Source: Heptranchias perlo
Lineage: Eukaryota
Assembly (NCBI RefSeq): GCF_035084215.1
Contig: NW_027139436.1
Location: 124,001 to 188,000, forward strand
DNA length: 64,000 nt
Direction: 5' to 3'
In this document: positions 60,185 to 64,000 of the stretch, in pieces
Layout: each line of letters opens with the position of its first letter
How positions within the stretch are numbered: the first letter of the stretch is position 1
Made by a program: the position numbers and the translations under genes
The notes under the pieces: model-generated
Database searches by the model: none
What the model was told of the DNA's origin: nothing
The model's input: the letters and a program-made list of their open reading frames with translations, nothing else

Positions 60185-60660
60185 AACACACCCGCACTAA
60201 ACACCATCGAAAGTATTAGTACTACACCTGCAGCAGTAACAGCACCAGGTGTACGTGTATCACACCCGCACTAAACACCATCGAAAGTATTAGTACTATA
60301 CCTGCAGCAGTAACAGCACCAGGTGTACGTGTATCACACCCACACCAGTAACACCATGTGAAGTATTAGTACTATACCTGCAGCAGTAACAGCACCAGGT
60401 GTCCGTGTATCACACCCACACTAGTAACACCATGTGAAGTATTAGTACTATACCTGCAGCAGTAACAGCACCAGGTGTACGTGTATCACACCCACACTAG
60501 TAACACCATGTGAAGTATTAGTACTATACCTGCAGCAGTAACAGCACCGGGTGTACGTGTATCACACCCACACCAGTAACACCATCGAAAGTATTAGTAC
60601 TATACCTGCAGCAGTAACAGCACCAGGTGTCCGTGTATCACACCCACACTCGTAACACTG
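60185..60660. repeat. About 76-bp minisatellite x6
   Basis: Unit core AAGTATTAGTACTATACCTGCAGCAGTAACAGCACCAGGTGTACGTGTATCACACCC. Confidence 0.9.
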
Positions 60661-61231
60661 TATAAAGGAGGGGAGTTGATCTCATTCCCTGTGACGGGCT
60701 CTGATCCGAGATCCCCTCACTTGACCTGGGCCACATTCAGCGAAATGTTATTCTAATTGAAATGGATGAAGAGAAACGATGGCCGTACTTACTGAGCCTG
60801 AGATTTGATTCCCTGCTGCTGCTGCTCCCCGATACCGGGCACCTCTCGGCCTGCACCATTGCCTCAACATGTGGAGCCAATGACTTGGGCCTGAGGCCTG
60901 TCTTGGGTAAAAACCCCAGGGCCACTTGTCACCACACAACTCTGGGCCCAAACCACTGACCTGCTTCTCATCTTTTTCTCAGCTCTTTCTTTCTTTCTCA
61001 GCCTTCCTGTTTCTGCTCCTTTTTATTTAATGAGGGGGTGGGGTGGGACGGGGGAGGGGGTGAAGGGGGGCCTCTCTCCCTCAAACCCCCTCTGCTTTTC
61101 CCCACCCCCCTTTTCCTGATGGATTGAGGTGATTTTAAAAGGTGTTTAACTGCGGGGCGGAGGAGCCCGAGTGAGTGAAGGTGAGTGAAGGATGGGCTTC
61201 GCGAGCTCGGCCTTCAAACCCCAACAGGAAA

Positions 61232-61384
61232 NNNNNNNNNNNNNNNNNNNNNNNNNNNNNNNNNNNNNNNNNNNNNNNNNNNNNNNNNNNNNNNNNNNNN
61301 NNNNNNNNNNNNNNNNNNNNNNNNNNNNNNNNNNNNNNNNNNNNNNNNNNNNNNNNNNNNNNNNNNNNNNNNNNNNNNNNNNNN
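61232..61384. other. Assembly gap (N)
   Basis: Run of N. Confidence 1.
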
Positions 61385-61729
61385 GAGGGAGAGGTGGAGG
61401 GAGAGAGAGAGGGGGAGAGTGAGAAAGGGAGAGGGAGAGAGAGAGAGAGGGGGAGGGGGAGAGGGAGAGAGAGAGAGAGGGAGAGAGGAAGAGGGAGAGG
61501 CAGGGAGAGGGAGAGGAGGGGGGAGGTTTGTACCAAACTCAACAGCGGGCGGGGGTCTTTGGTGGGGAGTGGGAAACACCTCAGAGCCCCGGGAAAGAGC
61601 GGCTTCAGAAAGTTCCAGTGATTCAAATTCATGTGTGAAGGTTTCAGGAGTGCGGCCAGAATAATGTCCAGTATTAGTCCAATCCCAGCAGCTGTCTGTC
61701 TGTCTATCTATCTATTTATCTCTCTATCT

Positions 61730-62440
61730 CATAGAATCATAGAATCATAGAAGTTACAACATGGAAACAGGCCCTTCGGCCCAACATGTCCATGTCGCCC
61801 AGTTTATTGCACTAAGCTAGTCCCAATTGCCTGCACTTGGCCCATATCCCTCGATACCCATCTTCCCCATGTAACTGTCCAAATGCTTTTTAAAAGACAA
61901 AATTGTACCCGCCTCTACTACTGCCTCTGGCAGCTCGTTCCAGACACTCACCACCCTTTGAGTGAAAAAATTGCCCCTCTGGATCCTTTTGTATCTCTCC
62001 CCTCTCACCTTAAATCTGTGCCCCCTCGTTATAGACTCCCCTACCTTTGGGAAAAGATTTTGACTATCGACCTTATCTATGCCCCTCATTATTTTATAGA
62101 CTTCTATAAGATCACCCCTTAACCTCCTACTCTCCAGGGAATAAAGTCCCAGTCTGTCTAACCTCTCCCTGTAAGTCAAACCATCAAGTCCCGGTAGCAT
62201 CCTAGTAAATCTTTTCTGCACTCTTTCTAGTTTAATAATATCCTTTCTATAATAGGGTGACCAGAACTGTACACAGTACTCCAAGAGTGGCCTCACCAAT
62301 GCCCTGTACAACTTCAACAAGACATCCCAACTCCTGCATTCAATGTTCTGACCAATGAAACCAAGCATGCTGAATGCCTTCTTCACCACCCTATCCACCT
62401 GTGACTCCACTTTCAAGGAGCTATGAATCTGTACTCCTCG
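61730..62440 (-). mobile_element. CR1-type LINE 3' portion with an open ORF2 C-terminus and 8-bp terminal repeats
   Basis: 199-aa frame LYRALVRPLLEYCVQFWSP...RRLRGDLIEVYKIMRG...WNELP; (CATAGAAT)n tail on the + strand. Confidence 0.93.
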
Positions 62441-63159
62441 ATCTCGATATCTATCTCACACTCTTCTGTCTATCTCCATCTCTCTCTCTCTATGTAACAC
62501 CATCAGATGTCTGAATAACACACCCACACTAGTAACACCATCTATAGTATTGGTCCTATATCTCCAGCAGTCTATCTATCCCCCACTCTGTCTATCTCCA
62601 TCTCTCTCTCTATATATATTGATATATATATTTATAAAATCTCTCTCTCTGTATACTTGAATCATTTTGTGGAACGTTCCCCATTCCAGTCTCACAGTTT
62701 CTCCTCCAGTCTCTGTTCCTGATTTCCAGAGCTGTACAGGGGGCTCAGAACCAGGAGGGGCTCCGTTCGATTTTACTGACCGGCCCCCGAACACAGCTCA
62801 GTGGGTTTGCTCACAGAACCGGTCTGCTGCTCCGTTTGAGATAAACAGCAGAAGAGCCTGTTTAGACCGAGGCCTTATCAGCAACACGCAGCGACACACA
62901 CCCAGAACTAAACTCACCCCGTCAGCAATGATTGATGGAAACCGCACTCAGTGTTTGCTGACTGGGCCGGGTCCACATCCAGCAAATTGTTTCTGAGCTG
63001 AAAGTGTTCCCCAGCCTTGGATGCCCCTCCCTCCCTCCCCCCTCCCCTGTGTTTCCCATCCTGTTACCTCCTTCACTGTTTACCCCACACCTCAGTCAGG
63101 CCGTGTTGGGAAGTCTTGCCCAGAACAACCCAAGGCTGCCCCGAGCTCGACTGACCAGC

Positions 63160-63930
63160 GAGTGATTCATTTTGGTCGGAAGAGTGAGGAGAGGCAACAT
63201 TAACTAAATGGTCCAATTTTAAAGGGGGTGCAGGAACAGAGAGACCTGGGGGGGTGGTGTACACAAATCTTTGAAGGTGGCAGGACAAGTTGAGAAGGCT
63301 GTTAAAAAGACAGACGGGATCCTGGGCTTTATAACTCGAGGCATAGAGAACAAAAGCAAGGAAGTTATGCTGAACCTTTATAAAACACTGGTTAGGGCCC
63401 CAGCTGGAGTATTGTGGCCAATTCTGGGCCCCACACTTTAGGAAGGATGTCAAGGCCTTGGAGAGGGTGCAGAGGAGATTTACTAGAATGGTTCCAGGGA
63501 TGAGGGACTTCAGTGATGTGGAGAGACTGGAGAAACTGGGGTTGTTCTCCTCAGAGCAGAGAAGGTTAAGGGGAGATTTGATCGAGGTGTTCAAAATCAT
63601 GAAGGGTTTTAACAGAGTAAATAAGGTAACCAGAGGACACAGATTTACGGTAATCGGTGAAAGAACCAGAGGGGGAGATGAGGAAACATTTTTTTACGCA
63701 GCGAGTTGTGATGATCTGGAATTCACTGCCTGAAAGGGCGGTGGAAGCAGATTCAATAATAACTTTCAAAAGGGAATTGGATAATTAATTGAAGGGGGAA
63801 AATTTGCAGGGCTACGGGGGAAAGAGCAGGGGGAGTGGGACTGATTGGATCGCTCGTCCAAAGAGCCAGCACAGGCACGATGGTCCGAATGGCCTCTCCC
63901 AGTGCTGTATCATTCTCTGATTCTATGATG
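63160..63930 (+). mobile_element. CR1-type LINE 3' portion
   Basis: ERVQRRFTRMVPGM...RRLRGDLIEVFKIMKG; tail ATTCTCTGATTCTATGAT. Confidence 0.9.
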
Positions 63931-64000
63931 TGGTTTAAGGAGTGTGTGTGGAACAGTTCAATGACCGTCCGTTCCCAAGTGTGTTTCCCAAGGGTTCCAT

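Noticed and set aside
60740-60960. Possible minus-strand exon ending at GTAAGTAC
   Set aside because: No polypyrimidine acceptor and no recognisable product in any frame

Overview
Vertebrate genomic DNA, almost certainly from a cartilaginous fish (shark, ray or skate). Roughly 40% is tandem repeat by my estimate, and there are three N-gaps. Two intact genes lie tail to tail. (1) On the + strand, a two-exon orphan class A GPCR of the GPR139/GPR142-like type (6672-6960 joined to 16743-17641, 395 aa). Its intron is almost entirely a 30-bp minisatellite, and its N-terminus carries a 14-aa coding repeat. (2) On the - strand, a complete germline-unjoined IgW heavy-chain cluster (about 28.6-51.6 kb): leader, VH-23RSS, 12-D1-23, 12-D2-12, 23-JH, CH1, CH2, a separate Cys-rich short secretory exon, CH3-CH5, CH6 with the long secretory tail, TM1 and TM2, each terminal exon with an AATAAA. 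I placed all exon boundaries, phases and RSS spacers by reading the sequence by hand. The ORF track misses the leader, D segments, JH, short secretory exon and TM exons. The rest is CR1-, L2- and Tx1-like LINE fragments, tRNA-derived SINEs, a Penelope-like element with a hammerhead motif, two inverted duplications and an unexplained CpG island.
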